Source: a virus (Duplodnaviria; Caudoviricetes). From it: a stretch of DNA of 58,281 bases. Positions 24,769 to 34,793 of the stretch are shown here, piece after piece (the stretch's first letter is position 1; every line of letters starts with the position of its first letter). Location of the stretch: positions 1 through 58,281 of IMG/VR virus record IMGVR_UViG_3300037465_000050; one strand, 5' to 3'. The notes beneath the pieces are model-generated. The model was not told the DNA's origin and searched no databases. It saw only the letters and a list, made by a program, of their open reading frames with translations. The position numbers were made by a program, and so were the translations under genes.

Positions 24769-26461
24769 CGAGGTGGACGAGTCCGCGCGCTGGTACAAGC
24801 ATTCAGGGGCTCTCAGCTCGTGGGAGAAGGCGATGCAGCGCCATTCTCCAGAGGAAGATGCGTCTGGTGGGGAGGCTCCGTACGCGCACTATCTCGGCCG
24901 GGAAGTAGCCTTCGCGCAGGAAGTCCTCGACGAACGCCTGTGGGCGTTCATGAAGGACGTTCTGGAGTCGCTGGCTCACGATCGTTTCGTGACCGTGCGT
25001 GCTGGCCGCAAGTCGTCGAAGACGGAGATCGCGGCGATTGCTGCGCTGACGTGGCTCTACACGCGCCGAGGAATCGTACTGACGTCAGCGCCTGGCGGCC
25101 GGCAGGTGCGCCGGCAGGTATGGGAGCGAATATCGATGATCCTAGCGCGCGCGCGCCGCCGGCATGTCTTGCCTGGAAAGATGGGCACGACGTCCCTGGA
25201 GATCGGACCCGAGCACTACGCGATGGGCTTAGCGACCGATGATCCTTCGCGGCAGCAGGGCTGGCACGCCGGTGTTGTCGTGCCTGACGATCCAGACCGT
25301 GAGCTGACCGAGGCCGATCTCAAGGTTCTGGCAGCGAAGACGGACGGTGGCGAGGCGCGCTCGATGCTCATCATTATCGACGAAGCATCCGGCTACGACG
25401 AGTCGCTATGGAACGCGATCGAGGGATCGCTGTCCGGATCGAACGTCTACGTGCTGATGCTGGCGAACCCGACGCGTCCGTACGGTGACGAGCATTTCTT
25501 CGGGCGCACGTTCCGTTCTGGCTCTGGATACAAACGTATTCGAGTCTCTGCGATCGCCCCGAAAGACGACGAGATCGACGAAGTTCCGTATGACGTCTGC
25601 TACGTCACTCCGAAGTGGCTGCTTGCTACGGAGTTTGTCGATCGTGCACGCAAGAACTGGAAGGTCGGATCGCCGATGTGGGCCGCCTACGTTTGCGGTC
25701 GATTTCCGTCGGTATCGCTGGAGCAGGTATTCGTCAGCACGGCGACGATTGCGTCCGCCGAGATTGCGTATGCTGCTGGTCGCGATGTCGACTGGTCGCT
25801 AGATCGGCGCCCTGGTCGCCATATCGGCGTCGACGTCGCGCGCAGCGGGAATGATGAGTGCGTGGCATCGCTCGTCGTCAGCGGAGTGCTGGCAGCGCAG
25901 CATTCCTGGCGCTCGACTGATCTGATGACGAGCGCTGGCATGGTGGCAAAGCTGATGCGCGACTGGGGCGAGAACGGACGAGCGATCGAAGCTCGCAACG
26001 TCCACGTTGACTCGATCGGGCTCGGGGCCGGCGTCGTTGACCGGCTGAGGCAGATGGGGCTGCGCGTCGATGCTGTCGACGTCGGCGCGAAGCCAGTCGG
26101 CGACTGGAAACGGCTCGTCGGAGAAACCGACTTTGCCAACCGCAAGGCCGAGCTGTTCTGGGTCGTGCGGCGCGCGATGGAGGAGGGACTGGCCGTGATC
26201 CCGGAGAAGTATGCAGATACGCGCAGGCAGGCAACGTGGTGCCGCTACGAGATCGTTGGTCGGTCCGGCGGCTCCGTCGTTGCCGTTCATCATGAGGACG
26301 GCAAAGAAGAGCTGCGCGGGCGGTACGGCAGATCGCCGGACCATTGGGAATCCTTCATGCTGGCGTTCAGTCGCGGATCGAGCGCCGGCGTGCCGGGCTA
26401 CACGGTTCTCGGCGCCAGTTCTGGAAGGCGCGGCCGGATCGCTCGGCTGCTTGGGCGCTAG
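24731..26461 (+). CDS. terL: Terminase large subunit (alternative start 24833)
   Basis: Walker A RAGRKSSKT, Walker B IIIDEA, LANP, nuclease GVDVARSGND, VDSIGLGAGVVD, RSPD. Confidence 0.93.
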   Translation: MAKWSRWKHRPADEVDESARWYKHSGALSSWEKAMQRHSPEEDASGGEAPYAHYLGREVAFAQEVLDERLWAFMKDVLESLAHDRFVTVRAGRKSSKTEIAAIAALTWLYTRRGIVLTSAPGGRQVRRQVWERISMILARARRRHVLPGKMGTTSLEIGPEHYAMGLATDDPSRQQGWHAGVVVPDDPDRELTEADLKVLAAKTDGGEARSMLIIIDEASGYDESLWNAIEGSLSGSNVYVLMLANPTRPYGDEHFFGRTFRSGSGYKRIRVSAIAPKDDEIDEVPYDVCYVTPKWLLATEFVDRARKNWKVGSPMWAAYVCGRFPSVSLEQVFVSTATIASAEIAYAAGRDVDWSLDRRPGRHIGVDVARSGNDECVASLVVSGVLAAQHSWRSTDLMTSAGMVAKLMRDWGENGRAIEARNVHVDSIGLGAGVVDRLRQMGLRVDAVDVGAKPVGDWKRLVGETDFANRKAELFWVVRRAMEEGLAVIPEKYADTRRQATWCRYEIVGRSGGSVVAVHHEDGKEELRGRYGRSPDHWESFMLAFSRGSSAGVPGYTVLGASSGRRGRIARLLGR

Positions 26462-26646
26462 GTCCTGCGCCGCACGGCGCGCGCGAGCAGCACGCGGATC
26501 AGCGTAGCCGGCCTGAGCTTCTCAGCCCTAGCTACGGCGTAGACCCGTTCTAGGGTCGATCGTCGTATGCGGGCGCGTATGACGACGTAAGGATCATGCG
26601 CCGGCTGCACGTGCGAACGTTCTAAGTCCTTGCTGCGCCCGGTCAT
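26458..26646 (-). CDS. Ribbon-helix-helix-like small DNA-binding protein
   Basis: VVIRARI-RRSTLERVYAVARAEKLRPATLIRVLL beta-alpha-alpha pattern. Confidence 0.5.
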   Translation of the reverse strand: MTGRSKDLERSHVQPAHDPYVVIRARIRRSTLERVYAVARAEKLRPATLIRVLLARAVRRRT

Positions 26647-26696
26647 GGATTACCGCTGGAGTCTACCATGTACCCGCGGAGTGGTATCTGTGTCTA

Positions 26697-28997
26697 TTGC
26701 TACTGGGGTTGGCTGGTGCGCTGAACGATTCCCGTGGTCGGACGCCGCCGTTCTATCGGAACGGCAGCTCGTCGAGCACGTTCGAGCTGCGGCGAGTTCA
26801 GATCGCTGGCAACGATGATAGAAGCGGGAATGAAGGTGAACGGCAGCTCAGGCGCGCAGAGGCGCGCCTGGGCATTCGCCGCGACGCAGCGCAGACGCTA
26901 GCAAATCTCGGTTTTATTTCGCTTACGCCGGTAGCGGGCGGGAAGGATGAGATCACCGAGCCGTTCCGCGACTCATGGGTCGTCTACGCCTGCGTCCGAG
27001 CCTGGAAGCGCGCGTTACGCGGGATCCCGATGGTTCTGCGGCGCGGGCAGGACCCGGACTCGCCCACAGTTGGTCCTGGCGATCAGCTGTTCGACTTGCT
27101 GAGCCGCCCGAACCCACGACGCGGCCTGACGTGGCCTGCGATGGTCGAGCAGGACATGACAAACCTGCTGCTGACCGGGGAGTCGTTCTGGTTTTTAGCC
27201 GATGCTATTGGGCGGCCAGTCGTTCCTGCGAAGGACTACGATTCCGACCAGTCGCGGCTGATTCCGCTTCCGATTCAGATTGTTCCGGTGATCGGCTCTA
27301 TGACGCAGATCGAGCTACGTCCAGCTGACGGGCTCCCGTGGGCGTATTCATTCGCGCGATCTGGCTCGGCCGAGCGAATCAAGTTCGCGCCTTCGAGCGT
27401 GGTGGCGCACGTCGAGTACGACCCGTACAACGCCTTCCGTGGGATCGGGCCGGCGGAGATCGCGGCGCGCGCTGCTTCCGTTGGTTTCCAGGCCGAGCGG
27501 TACAGCGAGGCCGTAATGCGTTCTGGCGGTCCTGGAGCGTTTTTGGTCTATCGACAGGAGGAGCTGTCGCCGGAAACCGAGTCCCAGTTGCAAGAGAAGA
27601 TCGACGAGGCGATCCATGCGCCCGATCGCACTGGCGGTTTGCAAGTTCTGACTGGCGATGTGGATGTCGTGCCGAATCCCGCGACGCCGAAGGAGATGCT
27701 GACGCGCGAGGCGCTGACGGAATCTCGTGATGCGATCTGCACAGTGATGGGCGTTCCGCCGCCGGTGATCGGGATCTACGACCGAGCGACGTACAACAAT
27801 ATCAGCGAAGCGTATCGACAGTTTTATACGAACGTGCGCGCGACGCTCGACGTATACGCGGAGACGATCAACATCCTCTTCATTCAGAGACTCGAAGATT
27901 ACAGACTCGCTGAATACAGAGTTTCCTTCGACTATTCGACAGTCAACTATCTGCGCGAGTCCGAGGATGACAAGATCAAGCTGTCCGCGGACGTGGCCGC
28001 GAAGCGAGTTGGTCTATCGTTCAACGATGTAGCGCGCCTTGCTGGAGTTCGCGGCGAGCTTCCTGCAAGCGGCGAAGAAGTTGCCAAGGCCGACACAGAG
28101 CAGGTCATCGACGTCGATAGCGAGGACGAAGAGCGCGCGTTGTCGTCACAGGCCGCACGCGAGGCATACGTCGAGCAATACCACGCGCGCGTTACTGCGC
28201 CGTTCGAGCGCGAGCTTGGCCTAGGCGTAATGGGTTGGCTGCGTGGTTACGAGCGCGCAGTAATCCGCCGCGTGCGTCGCTTTGCCGAGATCGGGCCGCA
28301 CGAGGACGAGAAGACGGCGCTGAGCGAGACGCGAGATAGGCCGAACGTCACGCGTGAATTGTTAACTGTCGAACAGATCGACGAGCTGCTCGGTGCGAAT
28401 CACCGGAAATGGGCGCAGCTTCTCGAAGCAGCAGCGTCTAGCGCCCTGGATGGCGTATATGCTGCGGCGCTGGCAGATATGGCTGCTGAGCTGGCAGTTA
28501 TCCAGATCCCGATGACGTCGCCGTTGGTCCAGTCGTTCCTGGCGACGCAGAAAATCCGCCTTGCTGAGGGAGTCGAGTCAACGATTGCAGCGCGCGTGCG
28601 CGGTGCGCTGCTCGAAGTCCTTTCGGAAGCATCAACCGGAACAGACCTCCAGGCCGCAGTTCGGGAGGTATTGCCCGAGCTGACTGACGAGCTGCGGCGC
28701 GTTTTCGGGTCGAAGGAAGCCCGCGCTGCGACGATCGCGCGCACCGAGGTAAGCAAGGCGGCCAGCAACGCGCGCGCGCGACAGATGACCGAGGCAAACG
28801 TTGGCGCAATCGAGTGGTTGACGATGCGCGACGGTCATGTACGGCCGGCACACATTGCGCTCGACGGGCAGATCCGTGCCAATGGTCAGGAGTTTTTGCC
28901 CGGCCTGCGTTGGCCGCACGACGAGAACTGCCAGGATGCGAGCCTGGTCGTGAACTGTCGTTGTATCCCGTTACCAGTTCTGAGCACCACGCCATGA
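26697..28997 (+). CDS. HK97-type portal protein fused to MuF/SPP1 gp7-like minor head domain
   Basis: VYACV, LLSRPNP, LLLTGESF, RGIGP, MGVPPPVIG..ATYNN; C-terminal IARTEV, WLTMRDGHVRPAH..LDG, VNCRC; start uncertain. Confidence 0.88.
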   Translation: MLLGLAGALNDSRGRTPPFYRNGSSSSTFELRRVQIAGNDDRSGNEGERQLRRAEARLGIRRDAAQTLANLGFISLTPVAGGKDEITEPFRDSWVVYACVRAWKRALRGIPMVLRRGQDPDSPTVGPGDQLFDLLSRPNPRRGLTWPAMVEQDMTNLLLTGESFWFLADAIGRPVVPAKDYDSDQSRLIPLPIQIVPVIGSMTQIELRPADGLPWAYSFARSGSAERIKFAPSSVVAHVEYDPYNAFRGIGPAEIAARAASVGFQAERYSEAVMRSGGPGAFLVYRQEELSPETESQLQEKIDEAIHAPDRTGGLQVLTGDVDVVPNPATPKEMLTREALTESRDAICTVMGVPPPVIGIYDRATYNNISEAYRQFYTNVRATLDVYAETINILFIQRLEDYRLAEYRVSFDYSTVNYLRESEDDKIKLSADVAAKRVGLSFNDVARLAGVRGELPASGEEVAKADTEQVIDVDSEDEERALSSQAAREAYVEQYHARVTAPFERELGLGVMGWLRGYERAVIRRVRRFAEIGPHEDEKTALSETRDRPNVTRELLTVEQIDELLGANHRKWAQLLEAAASSALDGVYAAALADMAAELAVIQIPMTSPLVQSFLATQKIRLAEGVESTIAARVRGALLEVLSEASTGTDLQAAVREVLPELTDELRRVFGSKEARAATIARTEVSKAASNARARQMTEANVGAIEWLTMRDGHVRPAHIALDGQIRANGQEFLPGLRWPHDENCQDASLVVNCRCIPLPVLSTTP

Positions 28998-30052
28998 CGA
29001 CGATCATCGCCAAGGATACGCACCTCGCCGCGGTTGCAGCTAGGATCCTGCACGGCGTCGCGACGCGGCAGGATCTTGACTCCATCGGCCGTGACAACGT
29101 GCTGGCGGTCAAGACCGACAACAGCGCCGTGCACTATGTCTACTCTGACCTCGGTTTCGAGAAGGCTGACGGCGAGAAGCGCGAGCGCGGCCGGAAGTTC
29201 ATCGCTTCAAGCGAGCGCCGCGACCGAATGGGCGATGTGATCGTTCAACGTGGCTGGCGCTTCGATAACTTCGCGCGCAACCCGATCGCGCTGGCGTACC
29301 ACGACCACGGCCGGCCGATTGGGACGGTCTACGACTGGAAGGTCGGCCGAAAGGACGGCGTCGCCGTGCTGCGCGAGTCGATCGACTTCGCCACGGCCGA
29401 CGTGCTGCCGCTGGGCGACGAGCTGCTGCGTGCGGTCGACGCGAAGGTCCTGCGTGCGACGTCGGTCGGGTTCCTGCCGATCAAGGCGCACTGGATGGAC
29501 GACTCCGACCGCGAGAAGTACGGGATCGAGGACGGCGACAACCCGTACGGAACCGTCTTTGAGGAGAGCGACCAGCTCGAACTGAGCGTATGCACGGTTC
29601 CAGCACACCCTGACGCGCTGGCCGATGGCAAGGCGTTGGTACGGCGGATGGAAAGCGAGACCTGGGCGCTGGCCGAGCGCGGTGAGATCAGCGATGCGAC
29701 GGCGCGGATGCTATGCGAGATGACCGCGAAGGCGCTCGACGTTTCGACGCGCACCGTAGTCACGGTGCCTAAGATCGCGAAGGAAGCGGCTGCTGATATT
29801 CCGGCGGACAACGCTGGGGCGGGCGCTAATCGCGTGGGACATGGCGACGTCGAAGCGACGAAGCTCGCTGTTGAGGCGCTGCTTGCGCGCGTGGATGCGC
29901 TGGAGAAGCGTGTATTGGATACGGAGACGAAGGTCGCGCAGATCGCCGAGCGCGCGACGAACGATGAGGCAACGGCCCAGGGCGGCGACCGCGCCATGCC
30001 CAGGCACGATTACTACGAGCACGTCTTTGCCGAAGTGGCGGGGATGCTCTGA
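28994..30052 (+). CDS. Prohead maturation protease (HK97 family)
   Basis: ASSERRDRMGDVI, NPIALAYHDH..PIG, TSVGFLP, ELSVCTVPAHPDA. Confidence 0.88.
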   Translation: MTTIIAKDTHLAAVAARILHGVATRQDLDSIGRDNVLAVKTDNSAVHYVYSDLGFEKADGEKRERGRKFIASSERRDRMGDVIVQRGWRFDNFARNPIALAYHDHGRPIGTVYDWKVGRKDGVAVLRESIDFATADVLPLGDELLRAVDAKVLRATSVGFLPIKAHWMDDSDREKYGIEDGDNPYGTVFEESDQLELSVCTVPAHPDALADGKALVRRMESETWALAERGEISDATARMLCEMTAKALDVSTRTVVTVPKIAKEAAADIPADNAGAGANRVGHGDVEATKLAVEALLARVDALEKRVLDTETKVAQIAERATNDEATAQGGDRAMPRHDYYEHVFAEVAGML

Positions 30053-30079
30053 GGCGCGGGTCACAAAAGGACGCAGGAC

Positions 30080-31303
30080 ATGGAAGCTATCAACGACGCC
30101 CAGGCGAAGCAGCTCGCGGAGAAGCTCATCGCCCACCTCAAGGCGCCCCTGGAGCGCCGCGAGACTGATCTGATCGAGAAGATGACCAGGCAGTTTCACG
30201 AGCACGTCGACGGCAAGATGCGCGACATGGAGCGCAAACGTGCCGAGGTCGTGATCCCGGGTTGGGGCGACGATCAGACGAAGAACTACAGCTTCGAGCG
30301 CCTCGTGCGCGGCGTGATCCAGAAGAACGTGCCGAAGATTGCGCCGCTGGAATACGAGGCGCACCTCGCCACGAAGTCGTTGTTCGACCACGGCCGCGAG
30401 CTGACGCCTGAGATGCGCGATATGGTCGCCGGAACGGACTCGGCCGGTGGATTCCTCGTTCCGCCGCAAGTGCTGGAAGCCGAGATCATCCCGCTGCTGC
30501 GTGATGCGATGGTCGCATTCAAGGCAGGCGTGACACGCCTGCCTGGTCTGGTCGGTGCTCCGATCCCGATCCCGAAGATCGTTTCGACGGTTACGCCGGA
30601 GTCGGTCGAGGAAACCGAAGCGCACACGCCGACCGACATCACGCTCGGGCAGATCAATATGTACCCGCACGACATCTTCGCCGGCACGGTTCTATCGAAC
30701 CGCCTGCTGCGGATGTCGATGCCCGGAGCCGAGGGCCTGGTGCGCAGCGAGCTGGTGCGTGAAGTCGGCATCCGCGCCGACAAGCTCGTATTCCAGGGCG
30801 CCGGCGCATCGAATGAGCCGCTCGGGATCCTGCTACATCCCGATCTGAACGAGCTGGCGGCGTTCGGCGATGTCGACGTTGCCGCGGCGTACGACAAGCT
30901 GATCGAGCTGGAGTACCTCATCATCGAGGACAACGCGCTCTCGATCGGCTCGCCTCCTCGCTGGGTAATGCACCCCAAGGTCTTCCGTGAGATTAGGAAG
31001 ATGAAGGATCCGACGGACAACTCGCAGCCGAAGGCGAGGCGTCTGCTGGAGGACAAGGGACCGCTCAATCTGCTCGGATACGAGTACGTGATGAGCACGC
31101 ACCTGCCGACGGATAAGTTCCTGCTGGGTGTTTTCTCAACGGTCCTGTTCGGCGAGTGGGGCACGATGGTGATCGCATCGAGCGACGTCGCCGGCAACAA
31201 CTTCCGCAACCGCACGACTGAGGTCATCGTCGGGATGACGATGGACGTTGCCGTGCGCCAGCCGACCGCGCTCGCGCGCGCTATCGGTGTGACTTACACC
31301 TGA
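30080..31303 (+). CDS. Major capsid protein (HK97 fold)
   Basis: AGGFLVPPQ, GAGASNEPLGI, WVMHP, LLGYEY, DVAVRQPTA. Confidence 0.92.
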   Translation: MEAINDAQAKQLAEKLIAHLKAPLERRETDLIEKMTRQFHEHVDGKMRDMERKRAEVVIPGWGDDQTKNYSFERLVRGVIQKNVPKIAPLEYEAHLATKSLFDHGRELTPEMRDMVAGTDSAGGFLVPPQVLEAEIIPLLRDAMVAFKAGVTRLPGLVGAPIPIPKIVSTVTPESVEETEAHTPTDITLGQINMYPHDIFAGTVLSNRLLRMSMPGAEGLVRSELVREVGIRADKLVFQGAGASNEPLGILLHPDLNELAAFGDVDVAAAYDKLIELEYLIIEDNALSIGSPPRWVMHPKVFREIRKMKDPTDNSQPKARRLLEDKGPLNLLGYEYVMSTHLPTDKFLLGVFSTVLFGEWGTMVIASSDVAGNNFRNRTTEVIVGMTMDVAVRQPTALARAIGVTYT

Positions 31304-31334
31304 TCCAACGCCGCACAGCACGGAGGACAAGAAC

Positions 31335-31772
31335 ATGCAAGGCAATGCACAAACCCATGTCGACGTGGCGGTCGGTATCGAATCCGGTCTGTACGCGACT
31401 ACGCAAAACGGCACGATGCGCGATCGCCAGGGTTTTCACGAAGCTCTCGTGATCGTGAACTGCGGTGCCGCAGCCGGAGACGGCTCGGTCGTCGTCAAGA
31501 TCCAGCACGGCGCCGCTTCGGACGGCACCGGCGCGGCCGACATCACAGGGGCCGCATTCGCGGCTCTGACGACTTCAACCGACCATGCGCGCTACGTCGG
31601 CCGGATCAAGCTGTCCGGCGCAAACCGCTACGTGCGCGCTGTCGGTACTTACTCTGGTAGCGGCGCGTCGAACGAGGTGAACTACTCGGTCGAGTTCGTG
31701 TTCCTTTCGGCGCACGACACAGCACGCACGGATGGGATGGCGGCCTACGTATTCAACGTCACGAACGTCTGA
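31335..31772 (+). CDS. Capsid cement/decoration-like protein A
   Basis: Follows MCP; VKIQ...RYVRAV beta-sandwich pattern; GGAGG SD. Confidence 0.6.
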   Translation: MQGNAQTHVDVAVGIESGLYATTQNGTMRDRQGFHEALVIVNCGAAAGDGSVVVKIQHGAASDGTGAADITGAAFAALTTSTDHARYVGRIKLSGANRYVRAVGTYSGSGASNEVNYSVEFVFLSAHDTARTDGMAAYVFNVTNV

Positions 31773-31782
31773 ATCTGATGAC

Positions 31783-31830
31783 GCCCGCGCGCGGCGATGC
31801 GGCGCAAGCCGCGCGCGGGCTCTCTCCTTC
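31783..31830 (+). terminator. GC hairpin with pyrimidine tail after capsid genes
   Basis: 13-bp stem GCCCGCGCGCGGC/GCCGCGCGCGGGC then TCTCTCCTTC; no true U-tract. Confidence 0.4.
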
Positions 31831-31855
31831 GCGCCGATGACTGGAGCGATTTACG

Positions 31856-32254
31856 ATGCCGAAGCCGAAGACGATCGAACTGACCGGGCTGTGCAAGGTC
31901 TCGAAGGGCTGGATCCTTGTGGTCCCGCCTGAGATCCGCGACCGCACCGAGCAAAAGGCGTGGATGCTGGCAGGCGGCGTGATCGATATGAGCGATCCTT
32001 TCACGCGATCGATCGTTGCAGGGCAGGAGTCGCGGCTGGAGCCAGCGCCGGCTGGCGCTGCCGTATCGACGATTCGGCATCCTGGGATCATCGGTCTGCG
32101 TAATGCCTGGGAAATTAGGCACGGCCGCCGCAAAGCGGAGCAGACGAAGGCGGATGCCATCGCTGAGAAAGCCGGCGAGGCAGCGGCACAGGCCGTCGAT
32201 GGCGGCGTACAGAAGCCTGACGAAGTTCGGAGGCAACCGCCGCTGCGGAGGTGA
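31856..32254 (+). CDS. Hypothetical head-region protein
   Basis: GGAG SD; operon position. Confidence 0.7.
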   Translation: MPKPKTIELTGLCKVSKGWILVVPPEIRDRTEQKAWMLAGGVIDMSDPFTRSIVAGQESRLEPAPAGAAVSTIRHPGIIGLRNAWEIRHGRRKAEQTKADAIAEKAGEAAAQAVDGGVQKPDEVRRQPPLRR

Positions 32255-32257
32255 GCT

Positions 32258-32656
32258 ATGCCGTTCGGTGCATGGAAGAATACTGTCGGCTTTGGCGTCT
32301 TGAAAAAGCCGGCGTCAACGGCGTCGTTCGTATCTCCGTCGTTCCAGTCAAGCGGCTATCGTTTCGCGATCGTGCTAGTCGTGGCCGATATAACTGGAGG
32401 CGACACGCTAGCGATCCAGATACAGGACTCGGCGGACAACTCGATATTCGCGACGGTTTCGGACCTCGGAACCGTCTCAGGAGATCCAGGTGAGATCAAG
32501 CGAGCGATCCTGGTCGACTTCCAGCAGGTTCGTCGGTACGTGAGGCTGACTATGCAAGGAACCGGTAGTCCGCCGGCATCGGCCGCCGTGATCTATCTCG
32601 ATCCTCTGAGCACGCGGGCTACGACTTCGTTCGATGCTCTGCTGGTACAGGACTGA
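32258..32656 (+). CDS. Capsid cement/decoration-like protein B
   Basis: IQIQDSAD...RRYVRL, similar to 31335-31772; GGAGG SD. Confidence 0.55.
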   Translation: MPFGAWKNTVGFGVLKKPASTASFVSPSFQSSGYRFAIVLVVADITGGDTLAIQIQDSADNSIFATVSDLGTVSGDPGEIKRAILVDFQQVRRYVRLTMQGTGSPPASAAVIYLDPLSTRATTSFDALLVQD

Positions 32657-32665
32657 GAGCGCGTC

Positions 32666-33280
32666 GTGGACCTGACGACGATCGCGAGAGTCAAGGCGAT
32701 GATCGGAGAAACGACCGTCGACAATGACGTACTTCTCTCGCGGCTTGTTTCCGAGGTCTCTGCAGACGCGCAAAGGTATATGGCGCTCGATCTTGGCCGC
32801 GCCGAGCGCGTGGACGTGATCCAGGTGCAAAGACACGAGCGGCTTATCTTGCTGCCATCGCGACCTGTCGATGACACACAGACCTTCCAGGTACGCGAGT
32901 CGTGGAAACGTACGTTCTCTTCGGTAACGCCGCTTACCGCAGGATCGCACTACGTTCTTGATGCACAGGGCGGCGCGCTGCGCTTGATGTATACGCCGAC
33001 GTTTCCGATCAACGCGGAGACGGGACGCGTGTCTGGACCGACGTTCATTCAAGTCACATACACGGCTGGCGTCGCCGCAACGCCTGATGCTTTCGTGGTC
33101 GCTTGGCCTGACGTTGCAGGCGCGGTCGAGATGCAAGTCGTGCATATGTTTCGGCGTCTGTCGAATCCTGGCGGCAGTACGAAGCTCGGCGACAGCGCCT
33201 CGTTCTACGAGGATCCGTACAAGCTGCTGCCGGCAACGATCGCAACGCTGAACCGCCGCCGGCGCAGGAGCGTTGCGTGA
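32666..33280 (+). CDS. Head-tail connector/adaptor (gp6-like)
   Basis: DLTTIARVKA...DVLLSRLV, LPSRPV, VTYTAG, PDVAGAV. Confidence 0.75.
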   Translation: MDLTTIARVKAMIGETTVDNDVLLSRLVSEVSADAQRYMALDLGRAERVDVIQVQRHERLILLPSRPVDDTQTFQVRESWKRTFSSVTPLTAGSHYVLDAQGGALRLMYTPTFPINAETGRVSGPTFIQVTYTAGVAATPDAFVVAWPDVAGAVEMQVVHMFRRLSNPGGSTKLGDSASFYEDPYKLLPATIATLNRRRRRSVA

Positions 33281-33972
33281 GCTACATCGATTTCAGCGCG
33301 ACGACAGGGGCTGGCATCTACAAGCTGACGCGGTTTCAGATCGAGATGCGACGCCAAGCCGCAATCGCTCTCAAGCAGAGTGGCGAGGAGTTCGTGCGCA
33401 CGATGACGCTGCTGCGGTTCCGTGGATACACTGGGACGAAGGGCGATCGACTTCAAAGCCGGTCCGGGAGACTGCAACAGTCGCTCGGGTATCAACTGCT
33501 GGATTCTCCGGTTGCGTCGAACCGCTCGCTGACCGGCCTGGGGCTCGCGGTGTTCAGCGCTGGAGTGCCGTACGCGAAGATGCAGGAATACGGCGGCATT
33601 CAGAAACCGAAGGCTGACCGGAAGTACCTCGTGATTCCTCTTGAGGCTGCGCTGACGCCTGCTGGTAGGGCGCGCTATCCGACCGGACGACCGGCTAGCT
33701 ATCTGCGGCAGGTATATCCGGGCCGCACGTTCGTGCTCAAGACCAAGCGCGGAGATTTGTTCATTGTCTCGCGTGGCCGACCTGAGAAGCCTAAGCCGAT
33801 AGGCAAGGGTACGAAAGCGCGCGAGCTGGTATTCCTGTTCCGGATCGTAAAGCAGGTCACGATCCCACCGCGCTTGAAGTTCCGCAAGACTTGGCATTCT
33901 CTGCGCGCGCAGCGCATGCGCCGTCTGCGCATAGCCATCAAAGCAGCTGCGGCTGCGGCAGGAGTCAACTGA
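33277..33972 (+). CDS. Neck/virion morphogenesis protein (HK97 gp10-like)
   Basis: RSGRLQQSL, VPYAKMQEYGG, VTIPPR. Confidence 0.7.
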   Translation: MSYIDFSATTGAGIYKLTRFQIEMRRQAAIALKQSGEEFVRTMTLLRFRGYTGTKGDRLQSRSGRLQQSLGYQLLDSPVASNRSLTGLGLAVFSAGVPYAKMQEYGGIQKPKADRKYLVIPLEAALTPAGRARYPTGRPASYLRQVYPGRTFVLKTKRGDLFIVSRGRPEKPKPIGKGTKARELVFLFRIVKQVTIPPRLKFRKTWHSLRAQRMRRLRIAIKAAAAAAGVN

Positions 33973-33973
33973 C

Positions 33974-34306
33974 GTGGCAGAGACGTTGACCATCTGTGCC
34001 GAGTCAGTCGAGCGCATCGACAGGCGTGCATCGATCCGTGCCGGCGTGCCGGGCCATTCGCGCGCGCGAGCCGTGTACGAACGCACGCGCCGACGCTGGA
34101 GGCTCGGCTGGCGCTCGATGAAGCATCAGGAATTCTCCGAGCTGGACAGGATGCTAAACGCGGTGGGCGCGTTCCTGTCCTTTGACTGGGTGCCGCCAGA
34201 CGAAAGTGCGCCGATCAGCGCGCGCGTGGTATCAGGAACGCTGCGCACGCGGCCAGTAAGCGCGGCCGAAATCGAGGTCGAGCTGGAAGTCGAGGAGGTT
34301 CTGTAG
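33974..34306 (+). CDS. Small gpM/Dit-like protein
   Basis: RRRWRLGW...FDWVPP...ARVVSGTL...EVEEV mirrors the C-terminus of 41620-43617. Confidence 0.55.
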   Translation: MAETLTICAESVERIDRRASIRAGVPGHSRARAVYERTRRRWRLGWRSMKHQEFSELDRMLNAVGAFLSFDWVPPDESAPISARVVSGTLRTRPVSAAEIEVELEVEEVL

Positions 34307-34310
34307 CGCC

Positions 34311-34778
34311 ATGCCCTACAGTCCCTCAACCCTGACCGTGAAGGACTCGATCCTCGACAATCTGGTCGCCTCGATTCAGGCGATCGCACCGCCGTCGTAT
34401 GGAACGAATATGTCAGGCCGAACGGTTCGTATCTGGAACGGAGATCCGTTCGACCTGCCGAGCTACCCGGCCGTGCTTGTGCTGCCGATCGGAGAACGTA
34501 CGCACGACCAGCGTCTACGGCTCCTAAGCCACGAGCTAGAGGTTGCCGTTGTCGCGTGCGTCAAGGACCAGCGATGGCCGGATCTCCTTGACCGGCTGTT
34601 AGCCGATCTGCGCGTGGCGATGCTCGCGGACTGGACGCGCGGAGGAAAAGCCGTCACGACGCGCATCGAGGAGACCACGTACTGGGACGCAGAAGCAAGC
34701 AAGCCGGTCGGTGCGGCCCAGGTTATGCTTCGAATCATCTACCGCACGGTCTACGACGACCCAACGACCGCAGCCTGA
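34311..34778 (+). CDS. Tail terminator/completion protein
   Basis: ILDNLVASIQAI, YPAVLV, DWTRGGKA, IIYRT..DDP; position before tail tube. Confidence 0.7.
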   Translation: MPYSPSTLTVKDSILDNLVASIQAIAPPSYGTNMSGRTVRIWNGDPFDLPSYPAVLVLPIGERTHDQRLRLLSHELEVAVVACVKDQRWPDLLDRLLADLRVAMLADWTRGGKAVTTRIEETTYWDAEASKPVGAAQVMLRIIYRTVYDDPTTAA

Positions 34779-34793
34779 CCAGGAGAACACACA

